A DNA stretch of 64,000 bases. It comes from a virus. The translations under genes were made by a program, and so were the position numbers. The DNA lies in IMG/VR virus record IMGVR_UViG_3300032116_000145, positions 5,508-69,507 of that record; one strand, given 5' to 3'. The notes below the pieces were generated by a model that saw nothing but the letters and a program-made list of their open reading frames with translations, was not told the origin of the DNA and searched no databases. Positions 55,937 to 64,000 of the stretch are shown here, piece after piece; within the stretch, counting starts at the first letter, position 1; every line of letters starts with the position of its first letter.

Positions 55937-56567
55937 TATTAATGTAATCTAAAAATGCTCCATTAACTAGAGTTCTTGATTTCTTACCCCAACCTCTTCT
56001 GTCTTCTACTAAAATAATGTTAGGATTTAGTGTTGTGTTAAGGAGTCCTGGGTATTCTTTTTCAATCTCGTTAAGGACTCTTACGTACTGAGCTTTATAA
56101 GAAGCTATAGTGTCATAAAAGTCTTTATGTTGTTTAATGGAATGGATGATACTTGAGTGATCTTTAGATAAGAGAAATCCTATCTTGCTTAAAGTGTAAT
56201 AAAACTGAAGCCTGAAGACGGCTGCAAATTGAAATCTTGCATCTACTAATTCTCTTCCTCTACGTAAGCGTACAAAGTCTTCTATATCTACTTTATGTAC
56301 TTTGCAGATAATAGACATAATAGACTGCTCTAACTCGTTAAACTTTTTAATGTTTATCTTGGTCTCTTGCGATCTTTGAAATGTAGCCAATCTTTTTGCT
56401 GCTGCTTCCTCTGAAGTTACAATAGTTACATTCTTTGTGTAATACTTAGAATATTTACTTTTGCTTCTTGTTCTGTTCCACACACCCTCCTGTACTAAGG
56501 GTTCTACTTTTAAGTCCTTAAACGCTAGCGTTAAGGCTTCTTTTACAATATCATGAACTGATGGCAT
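55920..56567 (-). CDS. Protein with DnaA domain-IV-like helix-turn-helix
   Basis: RR.RELVDAR...TLSKIG..L.KDHSSIIHSIK resembles the Bac_DnaA_C signature. Confidence 0.65.
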   Translation of the reverse strand: MPSVHDIVKEALTLAFKDLKVEPLVQEGVWNRTRSKSKYSKYYTKNVTIVTSEEAAAKRLATFQRSQETKINIKKFNELEQSIMSIICKVHKVDIEDFVRLRRGRELVDARFQFAAVFRLQFYYTLSKIGFLLSKDHSSIIHSIKQHKDFYDTIASYKAQYVRVLNEIEKEYPGLLNTTLNPNIILVEDRRGWGKKSRTLVNGAFLDYINNEKAN

Positions 56568-57532
56568 ATTTCTATTAATTTTTCTTTTCCGTGCTCTTTA
56601 TAAATGTCGCTTATGTCTTTGCCTAAGCTCGCATGATGATACAATACTGGTATATCGTACATCTCTGATATTTTCTTTGCTCCTTCTATTCCTGCTCTAT
56701 CTGCGTCAAACCAAACATATATGGAATCAAACCTAGCCCTAAGTAGTTCGTAAGCATTTTCTGAAATAGGAGTTGTTTCACTTCTAACAGCTACTGCATT
56801 AACCCCAATAGAGTGTAAGGTCATTACATCTTTGGTTCCCTTTGTTATGATTAAGATACTTCCCTTATGAGGTAATTGAGTGTAACCTTCTAGCATACCT
56901 CCAAAGAAGTTAGTTCTGAATTTTACTTTCTTCTCAGCGTAAGGACGATATAGTTTGAATTTATCTTTCTCTTTATACCGATAACAAGGATCAAAGTCAT
57001 TGTTGATGTACCATATGTTTTCTGCTATCCAAGCCTTATCTACTTTTCTTACATCGTAGAATTTAAGAATCTTCTCTGTTACTCCAAACTGAGACCAGTA
57101 TTCTAAATCTTTCTGATTGAATTTAGTTAGTTTTACTTTTATGGATGCCGGTTTTACTTCTGCTGGTTTAACTGTTTTAAGACTGTCTATTTCTATTTTA
57201 AGTCCAAGCCTATCTTCTAGGCTAAAGTTCTTAAGCTGGAAATCTGACTCAATCTTATAAAGAATATCAGGATACTCATACCCTGTTCTCATTTGAGCTA
57301 TGTCTATGCAGTTATAGTGGATTTTCTCAGTAGCGTAGTCAATAAAGTAAAGATTACCTCCTTGACTCCACTTAAAGAAACAGGTAGCATGCTTATCAGA
57401 TCTGAAAGGATTCTTGTATTTGTTTCTTAAATCTATCTTTTCTCCGAAGTAAAAAGACATTAAAGTCTCTTGTCCTACAAGCTTGTACAAAGTCTGTACG
57501 TTAGGTCTGATTTCAATACTTGTTAAATCCAT
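56543..57532 (-). CDS. dnaG: DNA primase (crAss-type DnaG/Toprim)
   Basis: NPFRSD...C.F, KLYRPY, IITKGTKDV, WFDADRAG, KDISD. Confidence 0.85.
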   Translation of the reverse strand: MDLTSIEIRPNVQTLYKLVGQETLMSFYFGEKIDLRNKYKNPFRSDKHATCFFKWSQGGNLYFIDYATEKIHYNCIDIAQMRTGYEYPDILYKIESDFQLKNFSLEDRLGLKIEIDSLKTVKPAEVKPASIKVKLTKFNQKDLEYWSQFGVTEKILKFYDVRKVDKAWIAENIWYINNDFDPCYRYKEKDKFKLYRPYAEKKVKFRTNFFGGMLEGYTQLPHKGSILIITKGTKDVMTLHSIGVNAVAVRSETTPISENAYELLRARFDSIYVWFDADRAGIEGAKKISEMYDIPVLYHHASLGKDISDIYKEHGKEKLIEICHQFMIL

Positions 57533-57548
57533 AACTAGGTTAGTTAAT

Positions 57549-57579
57549 AAAAAAGGGGCTACAAATGTAACCCCCTTTT
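57549..57579 (-). terminator. Intrinsic (possibly bidirectional) terminator containing a -7 promoter element
   Basis: On the - strand: GGGGGTTACA-TT-TGTAGCCCC-TTTTTT; TACATTTGTA forms the upper stem and loop. Confidence 0.7.
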
Positions 57580-57609
57580 CTAAAAATAGAATAGAATAAT
57601 TTAAAAGAA

Positions 57610-58452
57610 TTAAAATAGGCTGTCTACGTCTTCGCTGATATTAGCTGTTGCTACATCGCTAGAATCCCAACTCATAGCAGGTTCGTTAGAGAAAGGACTC
57701 TCTACTTCATTGCTTTCAGGAGCATTGTTCTCAGTGTATTCTTTGAAGGTAAAGTTTCCGTAGAAACTCTTGAAGCCATACTCACCAGTGATTTGCTTAG
57801 CTACGTAGTCAGTAATTTTACCACCTACGTTAACAAATACTTTAGTGCATACATCTTGATACTTACCATCTTTAATTCCCAAGAGAACTTTAACACCCAT
57901 GTTGGCTTTGTTGAAGTGAGCAAAGAAGTCTACCAACTCATTACCCTTACCTTTTGCGATAGCATTCCAAGAGTCAAGTACAAATGGTTTCTCTTTAGGA
58001 GAGATGTTACCATAAGCCTTAAGCAAAGAATAAACTGTCTCTTCACCACCCTTAGCTTCACGAGCACTTCTCAAGTCCATTCTACGAGAAGGATCTAAAG
58101 CAGATTGTGCATCACTTAAGTCAGCTAAGTTAAGAGCCCAAGAGGTTCTTGTATAATTGTCAATGAATTGTTTCTTACCTGCTTGTGAGGTACGAGTATC
58201 ATTGTTAACCCACAAAGAAAACTTACCACGCAAATCTGTTTTGAAGTCTGGATGGTTTACATACCAGAAGTCCAAACGCATTCCGTTATCTCCTTCGTAG
58301 TTAGGTTCTTTAACTTTATCTTCGTCAATTCCCAAGAGGGCAGCAAGTGCTTTACTAGTTGGGTTTACAGCAACGATTTGGATAGGTGCAAATCCTGTGT
58401 ACATTTTCTTGCCTGATGAAGGCTCTCTGGTTTCTAATTCGTCGAATTTCAT
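57610..58452 (-). CDS. Putative single-stranded DNA-binding protein (crAss-type)
   Basis: YTG.....VAVNPT, R.DFW, K.QFID; acidic tail ending EDVDSLF; lies between the AAA ATPase and primase. Confidence 0.6.
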   Translation of the reverse strand: MKFDELETREPSSGKKMYTGFAPIQIVAVNPTSKALAALLGIDEDKVKEPNYEGDNGMRLDFWYVNHPDFKTDLRGKFSLWVNNDTRTSQAGKKQFIDNYTRTSWALNLADLSDAQSALDPSRRMDLRSAREAKGGEETVYSLLKAYGNISPKEKPFVLDSWNAIAKGKGNELVDFFAHFNKANMGVKVLLGIKDGKYQDVCTKVFVNVGGKITDYVAKQITGEYGFKSFYGNFTFKEYTENNAPESNEVESPFSNEPAMSWDSSDVATANISEDVDSLF

Positions 58453-58473
58453 AATTTTTTGTCTTTAAGTTTT

Positions 58474-59169
58474 TTATTTGGTTTTTGTTGGTACTTCTTC
58501 TGCGTAATAAGTGTCAATTGTTTGACATACAAGGTTTAGGTCATTTGGAATCAATGTATCAGCAAACATATCCATAGGGCTCTTCGCAGGATAGTTTCTA
58601 AAACGATTGGTTACAAAATTGTAAGTCGGCTTTTCTTCTTTGTCTTCACCTATGTGAGTATAAAGACAGATAGTAAACAATCCCTCGAGTACAATTTGAG
58701 AATCTAGTGCTTTACCGATAGTCTTAATCTTCTGACCTACTATATTTCCATTATCCTCTATGTTCTCTGAGTGAGTGATGTAAAATACTTTAAGGTCATT
58801 ACGAAGTTTACGAGCTGTAGTAAGCATGTGAGTTACTTCTTGCGCCAATTTTGTAAATTTTGCGAATCCGATCTCATTGGCTTTTCTCATCATAAGGAAA
58901 GACATAGAGTAAATAGCATCATCCATAATTACATTCTTGATGTGTGGTGCTTTCTCGCTAATTTGTTGTAACAAAGCTGTAATTTGAGGGATCTCATCTA
59001 CTTCCATGTAGTTCTTAGACTCAGTGTTGTAGAGTTTCTCCGCTCCTTTGAAAGGCAATTCTTTCCGTGCTACGTTGATAATAAAGGTTTCTTTTGGGTC
59101 TAGGGTTCTGATAGAGGTAGACTTCCCAGTTCCGCTAGGACCTACGATTGCGATTAGTTTACTTGACAT
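58474..59169 (-). CDS. AAA_24 / Sak4-like ATPase
   Basis: GPSGTGKSTS, LPFKG, IMDD, KTIGK.LD....EGLFT, AKSP..MF...IPNDL. Confidence 0.85.
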   Translation of the reverse strand: MSSKLIAIVGPSGTGKSTSIRTLDPKETFIINVARKELPFKGAEKLYNTESKNYMEVDEIPQITALLQQISEKAPHIKNVIMDDAIYSMSFLMMRKANEIGFAKFTKLAQEVTHMLTTARKLRNDLKVFYITHSENIEDNGNIVGQKIKTIGKALDSQIVLEGLFTICLYTHIGEDKEEKPTYNFVTNRFRNYPAKSPMDMFADTLIPNDLNLVCQTIDTYYAEEVPTKTK

Positions 59170-59187
59170 ATATTTGTTTTATTTGGT

Positions 59188-59511
59188 TTATTTGGTTTCT
59201 TCGATTTCGTCTATTTGGTCAATAATATCGTCTTCTGTTTCCCAACCAAAGTTGCCTACAAAGTGCACAGCAGCAGTAAAACAGTTTTCGATACTTCTTT
59301 CAGGATCTGTTAGTAACTCTTCTCTCATAGCTTCATTGTTGTAAAGCTCAGAGGAAAGCCACATCAAGAAGTTATCTTCTTGTTCTATTGTCCATGTGTG
59401 CTTTTCATACCATCCATCCTCTTTAACATCTACAGCGCTATAATCTACGTTTATAACATCACACATGTGTTTGATTATTCTAATTAAATACGGGTTCTGT
59501 TGTTCATCCAT
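59188..59511 (-). CDS. Hypothetical acidic protein
   Basis: 107-aa ORF in operon. Confidence 0.55.
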   Translation of the reverse strand: MDEQQNPYLIRIIKHMCDVINVDYSAVDVKEDGWYEKHTWTIEQEDNFLMWLSSELYNNEAMREELLTDPERSIENCFTAAVHFVGNFGWETEDDIIDQIDEIEETK

Positions 59512-59518
59512 TCTTTGT

Positions 59519-60631
59519 TTACATTTTTAAAAATCGTTCATAATGATTGCCTACTGGGTTATTCATGTCTTGTGGTCTAGGTAACTCTTGGAATTCTCCG
59601 TTAGCTCCGTTAAAGTATAGTCCTATGCTTGAGTTTTCTAAGCCATAGTAACGGTCTTTAAGGAATTTAAGGGAGCGATACTTGTTACCCAATAGACTTA
59701 CATCGTACCCATTATGAGTAGCGATGTTGTATCTAGCAGGACTAAATAAACCAATGACAATTTCGTAGTCTTGGTGTACACCTTTGTTAATGTGGAGTTC
59801 CTCCATTGATGGTTCTAGTTTCTCTTCCATCAATTGACCTTTGTAGGTGTAAGTCTGTTTCTCTGATGCAGGTGTCTGCTGATGTACGATTACGTTGATC
59901 ATCTTATAACGCTTAGAAAACACTTCTAATACGTAATCTTTAACCATAAAGTCAAAGGTTTGATAAGATGATAACTTAGTCTTGGTGTCAGGAGCAATCT
60001 CATTAGATAAAAGACTAATGTGGTCTAAAATAAAAAATACCCAAGTATCGTCTGATTTATACTTATAGCCTGTGATTAATTTCTTACCATCTTCGAGTTC
60101 TTTATATGTGTGCTCTCCGATTTCAGGGTTATCAAAATAGGCTCTAATATACTTAGACATACCTGTAGGGTTTCTAATGTAATCAACTACTTCTACAATG
60201 TTCTGTAGGTTGTAAATAAACCTTTCAGCATCTTTGACCTTATCCATAAGATCAGAAGTCATAGTGTAATTACCAATAGATTTTAGTTGTTGTACGCTAA
60301 TAGTTATTTTGTATCTCTCATACATGTAAATAGAGATAAAAGATAACCAGAAGTCTGTAGCGCTTTCTTCTAAGGCAAAGTAGAAGATTTTAGGTTTGAT
60401 AGAACTCTTCTTGAGTGTTACTTGCTTGTAGATGTTTAAGATAGTCATGTACTTAGCGAACTTTGACTTACCTACACCTGAAGCAGCAGTTAAACAAGTA
60501 ATAGAACCTTTAGTAAATCCTCCGTAATGTTCGCCTAGTCTAGGAAATGGAGGAGGGATAGAAGTTAATCCCCCCTCTTCCTTCACTAATTTATTACGTT
60601 CAATCTGCCCAATTAATTGTTCAAAATCCAT
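59519..60631 (-). CDS. dnaB: DnaB-like (SF4) replicative helicase
   Basis: AASGVGKS Walker A, YFALEES, ILDHISL, VHQQ, LKDRYYG...LYFNG. Confidence 0.85.
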   Translation of the reverse strand: MDFEQLIGQIERNKLVKEEGGLTSIPPPFPRLGEHYGGFTKGSITCLTAASGVGKSKFAKYMTILNIYKQVTLKKSSIKPKIFYFALEESATDFWLSFISIYMYERYKITISVQQLKSIGNYTMTSDLMDKVKDAERFIYNLQNIVEVVDYIRNPTGMSKYIRAYFDNPEIGEHTYKELEDGKKLITGYKYKSDDTWVFFILDHISLLSNEIAPDTKTKLSSYQTFDFMVKDYVLEVFSKRYKMINVIVHQQTPASEKQTYTYKGQLMEEKLEPSMEELHINKGVHQDYEIVIGLFSPARYNIATHNGYDVSLLGNKYRSLKFLKDRYYGLENSSIGLYFNGANGEFQELPRPQDMNNPVGNHYERFLKM

Positions 60632-60633
60632 AC

Positions 60634-61197
60634 TTAAAGAATTTGATGACTGTTGTAAGCTGGACCACTGCCATTCTTTAACTCCTCACACCACTTAGCT
60701 AAGTCGCTTTGGTCTACTCCATCTATCTTTTTGTAAATAAAGTAACCACACTCTCTAATGAATCTGATGTTTCCTTGAGACTTAAGCGTACTTATGTACA
60801 GATCTGTTGCTTGTGATATTTCTTCTAGAGTATAGTCGTATTCACTGATAAATCTAATTAAGCGTTTTACTACGCTAGATTTATCTGTAGTCTTACCTGA
60901 TACTCCTAGATTCTTAGCACTAAACTTAGCTACAAACTCAGCCAACCAAGTAGCAGAAATAACAATTTCTTTCTTTGGTGATTGGTTTACGTGTTTGTTA
61001 GCAAGTGATTCAATTACAGAAGGCTTAGAAGCAATCAACTCTCCAACAGACTTAGAAAAATCTAAGTCTTCTAGTGCCTTAGGTGTCCAACTAAAAGTAG
61101 TTCCGTTATGTAGAAGCTTTTCCTCGTAAATCCACTTGTCTATCATCTTCTCTTTCAGCAGTAGTGCCCAGAGTACTTCGTAAAACGTCTTCTTCAT
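60634..61197 (-). CDS. Hypothetical protein (possible helicase loader/initiator)
   Basis: 187 aa directly upstream of the helicase; function inferred from position only. Confidence 0.5.
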   Translation of the reverse strand: MKKTFYEVLWALLLKEKMIDKWIYEEKLLHNGTTFSWTPKALEDLDFSKSVGELIASKPSVIESLANKHVNQSPKKEIVISATWLAEFVAKFSAKNLGVSGKTTDKSSVVKRLIRFISEYDYTLEEISQATDLYISTLKSQGNIRFIRECGYFIYKKIDGVDQSDLAKWCEELKNGSGPAYNSHQIL

Positions 61198-61384
61198 TGG
61201 TTGATTTGGTTAAAGTAAAGTTTACACCCTTAAAGATTTCTTGGAAATTAATCTTTATTGGGTCTACAAAGATAGCCAAATTCTCCTCTTTTTGCAAGAG
61301 AATTTGGTCTTCTATCCACATTTTTTTCATAAAAAGAAAGTCTGGATGTGACTCCAGACTCTCTCCATAATGTTCTATATCCAT
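61106..61384 (-). CDS. Hypothetical protein
   Basis: 92-aa ORF starting 3 nt after the peptidase stop; 3' end overlaps the next gene. Confidence 0.45.
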   Translation of the reverse strand: MDIEHYGESLESHPDFLFMKKMWIEDQILLQKEENLAIFVDPIKINFQEIFKGVNFTLTKSTNEEDVLRSTLGTTAEREDDRQVDLRGKAST

Positions 61385-61387
61385 AAG

Positions 61388-62815
61388 TTAGAGTTTGACA
61401 ATTTCCTCAAAAGGAACTTCTCCAGCTTTGCAGTCTTGCATCATCGTTTCAATGAAATCTTGCTCGTCTTCAGGTACGTTACAGATGCTTTCGCACTCAT
61501 AACAATAACTGTTGAGTAACAAATCATTTGTAACGTGAATCTTATCTCCTAAACAATTAGGACAGATACCTTCCATAATCATTTCATCGAGGTCTGCTTG
61601 TTTGTAAAGAACTTTAGACTTGTTGCTGAATGATTGTAATGATTCCCTTAGTCTTGGGTCTGCATACTGAGGATAACATTCTGCTATCCATTCGCTGTAG
61701 ATTTCATACTCTTCTTCTGCTGCGGCTTCTTCTGCTTTATCTTTATCATAAGCAACATCTCCAAAAGGATCTAACATGTCCAAGGAATCTTCTGGTCTAG
61801 ACCAGTACTTTGGACCTTTAGTAGAAGCCAATTCGCTTTTTGGAGGCATCCACTCTCCCTTCTGTACATCAAAGTACCAATCTTCGTCATCGTCATCCCA
61901 AATGTTAATCTGTCTAGCACCTGTTCCCAAATAAGTAGAACTAGATTTAGTCTTACTACCTCCATAAGGAAGTTCAGAACGAAGATCAGGTATAGGGAAA
62001 GTAAGAGGAATGTTTCTCTCAGCCAACATTGTAAGCATTTCATAAGCAAAACTAAAAGCATTGGTAAGAAGTGCTACACTTGCTACCTCGCTATCTCCAT
62101 GCTCGTTGAAATAACCACAAGAAAGATTATGAGAAGATACTTTAAGACCTCGCTTACGAAGACCACCTACATCAGTAGCTGTGCCTGAGTTGAGAGAGTA
62201 GCCATACTTATCCATCAAATCACCAATTAAGTCATAATGCTCAGGGTTGAAAGTCTGAACACCATTAGTATATTTAATGAAGTCATTTGTATAGGATCTG
62301 CGATCTAACTGAGTGACAACCAAAGAGTTATCAAAGAAAGACATATCGCAAGCATAAGTACCAACCAATCCCCTTTCTTCGCCAAAAGGCAAGAAAACCT
62401 TACAATGTGGCATCATCTTAAGCATTTGAATAGCAAAGCATACACCTACAGCATCATCGAGACCTAAGCCACACTGTTCACCTCTTGCATTGTCAAAGCC
62501 AAAAATCCACTCGTCTGTTTTGAAGATTCTCATGCCAGCATGATAGTCTTGAGCTGTGTCATAGTGAGCTACAATAGTAGGATAGAATTCTGCTGCTCCT
62601 TTTGTGCAATAGATATTGCCTCCTCTCTCATAAACAGTAACCCCTTCGATCTTAGAAATAAGCTCTACAAGCCAATTTTTCTTAAGTGCTTCGAGTTCTG
62701 GTTGATAAGTAGGACTTTGTTGATACATAATATCAAATAGTAGATCAAAATCTACTGGGAAATCACCCTTAATGGTGTGGTCTATTGATTCTAGTTTACT
62801 TGTTGTGTATTTCAT
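61388..62815 (-). CDS. M28/M20-like zinc peptidase with acidic linker and C-terminal Zn ribbon
   Basis: VAHYDT, LGLDDAVG, EERG, QLDRR, TDV, LSCGYFNEH; C-terminal CPNC..CYEC. Confidence 0.8.
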   Translation of the reverse strand: MKYTTSKLESIDHTIKGDFPVDFDLLFDIMYQQSPTYQPELEALKKNWLVELISKIEGVTVYERGGNIYCTKGAAEFYPTIVAHYDTAQDYHAGMRIFKTDEWIFGFDNARGEQCGLGLDDAVGVCFAIQMLKMMPHCKVFLPFGEERGLVGTYACDMSFFDNSLVVTQLDRRSYTNDFIKYTNGVQTFNPEHYDLIGDLMDKYGYSLNSGTATDVGGLRKRGLKVSSHNLSCGYFNEHGDSEVASVALLTNAFSFAYEMLTMLAERNIPLTFPIPDLRSELPYGGSKTKSSSTYLGTGARQINIWDDDDEDWYFDVQKGEWMPPKSELASTKGPKYWSRPEDSLDMLDPFGDVAYDKDKAEEAAAEEEYEIYSEWIAECYPQYADPRLRESLQSFSNKSKVLYKQADLDEMIMEGICPNCLGDKIHVTNDLLLNSYCYECESICNVPEDEQDFIETMMQDCKAGEVPFEEIVKL

Positions 62816-62820
62816 TGTTT

Positions 62821-64000
62821 TTAAATTAAAAATTGATCAGGACTCTCAGTAGTTTCTGCAGTCTCTGTGTTTTCTGTAGGTTGAGTATTCTCACTAACTT
62901 CAGTAATTTGATTAATCTGAGCTGACTCTCCTAGTGATCTTGCAATATCTCCGAGAGTAATAGGGGCGCTAAGGTACCCAGAAAACTGACTTGGGTGATA
63001 GACAATAGAAGAACCAGATGAAGAAAAACTAGAAAGAGAGTTAGAGACAGAAGAAGAACTAGTTAATATATAAGGAGTCTCTGTATCTCTTGTAAAAGTA
63101 AAATCTTGTGTAGTTTCTGTAACAACCTCGATTGAAGTGCCTGCTTCAGGTTTGTTCTCATCATCTGGATGATAGAAACATCCATCGATCTCTTCGTAAC
63201 TATGTTCATTATGAATAAAGTAACCAAAATCATTTTCATACTGTCTGAGATAATCATCGTTTACATATGCATAATCTCCATTAAACAATTCTACAGCTCG
63301 ATCTCTTAATACAGGGTCACTATTATAGTCTTGTACGAAGTTATCTCGATCTGTAAAATTAGCATCCATTACCTCTGAATAGATAGAACAATCACCACAA
63401 CATCTTTCGTCTACGTATCTACCTGCGTCTATGTGATAAGAATCATCATATTCTATTTCTGCATCACAAACAACACAACATATAGTATCAGGGAGACCTG
63501 AGTGGTTATAGAAACTACCTCCAGTACACCTAAGAGTATAGTGGTGGCCTTCTCCATAGTTACTTAAGATTTGATCGTCAGGATGATAACAGTAAAGAGT
63601 ATCTACATAAGGAAACTGATTAATTCCAGTTAAATCTATATTAATAGAATAACGTTCAGATGTTTGCCAGATTTTCTTGTAGTTAGCAGATTCTAAGGCA
63701 GTTTTAAGTAAGTTTTCAGTTTCGGTCTTAGTAGAATAGATTCTATCGTAAGCCCACTGATTACCTAGATTCCACAAAATAGCCCTAGCTGCTACTTTAT
63801 TTCCCCTCATAAGCACACCTATCTTAACCTTAGAAGGATCTCTAGTATACATCTCGAAGTATGGTTGACATCTTTCATAGCGCATACAAGAGCTACCTAA
63901 AGTATTACTGTGGGCGTGATAGTTGTCTTCGTCATAAGCCCACTTAATTTTTTCTCCTTCCATAATCTGAAAATCATATAGGGGATTAGAGATTGTGATA
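62821..64000 (-). CDS. Conserved phage protein (SCM...ARA.LW...DRIY...PY.DT type) with Cys-rich region, 5'-truncated
   Basis: Frame is open to the window edge (ITISNPLYDFQI-MEGEK); motifs GSSCMRY, AARAILW, YDRIY, FPYVDT; CxxC pairs; low-complexity tail. Confidence 0.6.
   Translation of the reverse strand, partial: ITISNPLYDFQIMEGEKIKWAYDEDNYHAHSNTLGSSCMRYERCQPYFEMYTRDPSKVKIGVLMRGNKVAARAILWNLGNQWAYDRIYSTKTETENLLKTALESANYKKIWQTSERYSINIDLTGINQFPYVDTLYCYHPDDQILSNYGEGHHYTLRCTGGSFYNHSGLPDTICCVVCDAEIEYDDSYHIDAGRYVDERCCGDCSIYSEVMDANFTDRDNFVQDYNSDPVLRDRAVELFNGDYAYVNDDYLRQYENDFGYFIHNEHSYEEIDGCFYHPDDENKPEAGTSIEVVTETTQDFTFTRDTETPYILTSSSSVSNSLSSFSSSGSSIVYHPSQFSGYLSAPITLGDIARSLGESAQINQITEVSENTQPTENTETAETTESPDQFLI

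Larger units (their letters stand above)
1..64000. mobile_element. Segment of a crAss-like (Crassvirales-type) bacteriophage genome, probable Bacteroidota host
   Basis: Muzzle-like tail gene, giant virion proteins including a DFDID-motif RNAP, fibres and holin on +; PolA/primase/DnaB/SSB on -; Bacteroidota-type TAnnTTTG promoters; no integrase or host housekeeping genes. Confidence 0.92.

Noticed and set aside
1-64000. Stop-codon reassignment (TAG or TGA), known in some crAss-like phages
   Set aside because: Genes up to 7 kb are intact in the standard code and tile densely; TAG ends ung (55235) and TGA ends several coupled genes.

Overview
This window is a 64-kb segment of a lytic crAss-like (Crassvirales-type) podophage genome. 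It is AT-rich, uses the standard genetic code, and both terminal genes are cut by the window edges. Bacteroidota-type TAnnTTTG promoters and A-rich, SD-less translation starts point to a Bacteroidota host. The + strand (1-42682) carries late/virion genes: tail muzzle/stabilisation protein, a ferritin-like protein, small basic core proteins, six cargo/ejection proteins including a 2364-aa virion RNA polymerase (DFDID motif), paralogous fibre/spike genes, a holin with a spanin-like pair, and a metallophosphoesterase. The - strand (42689-64000) carries an extra fibre gene, then replication and nucleotide genes: GroES-like, dCMP deaminase, PD-(D/E)XK nucleases, DUF5664, NinB/NinG-like, a free-standing LAGLIDADG endonuclease, PolA, DUF932, UDG, DnaA-CTD-like, primase, SSB, AAA_24 ATPase, DnaB-like helicase and an M28-like peptidase. 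Top observations: (1) four consecutive cargo proteins (about 6,400 aa) contain only six cysteines, all at termini facing the neighbouring gene product, suggesting a head-to-tail linked ejection chain; (2) a perfect 14-bp inverted repeat brackets the lysis-cassette promoter; (3) shared (K/R)(M/F)xxGG and RLKxAY motifs punctuate the small core proteins. All family assignments come from motif recognition by eye, not database searches.
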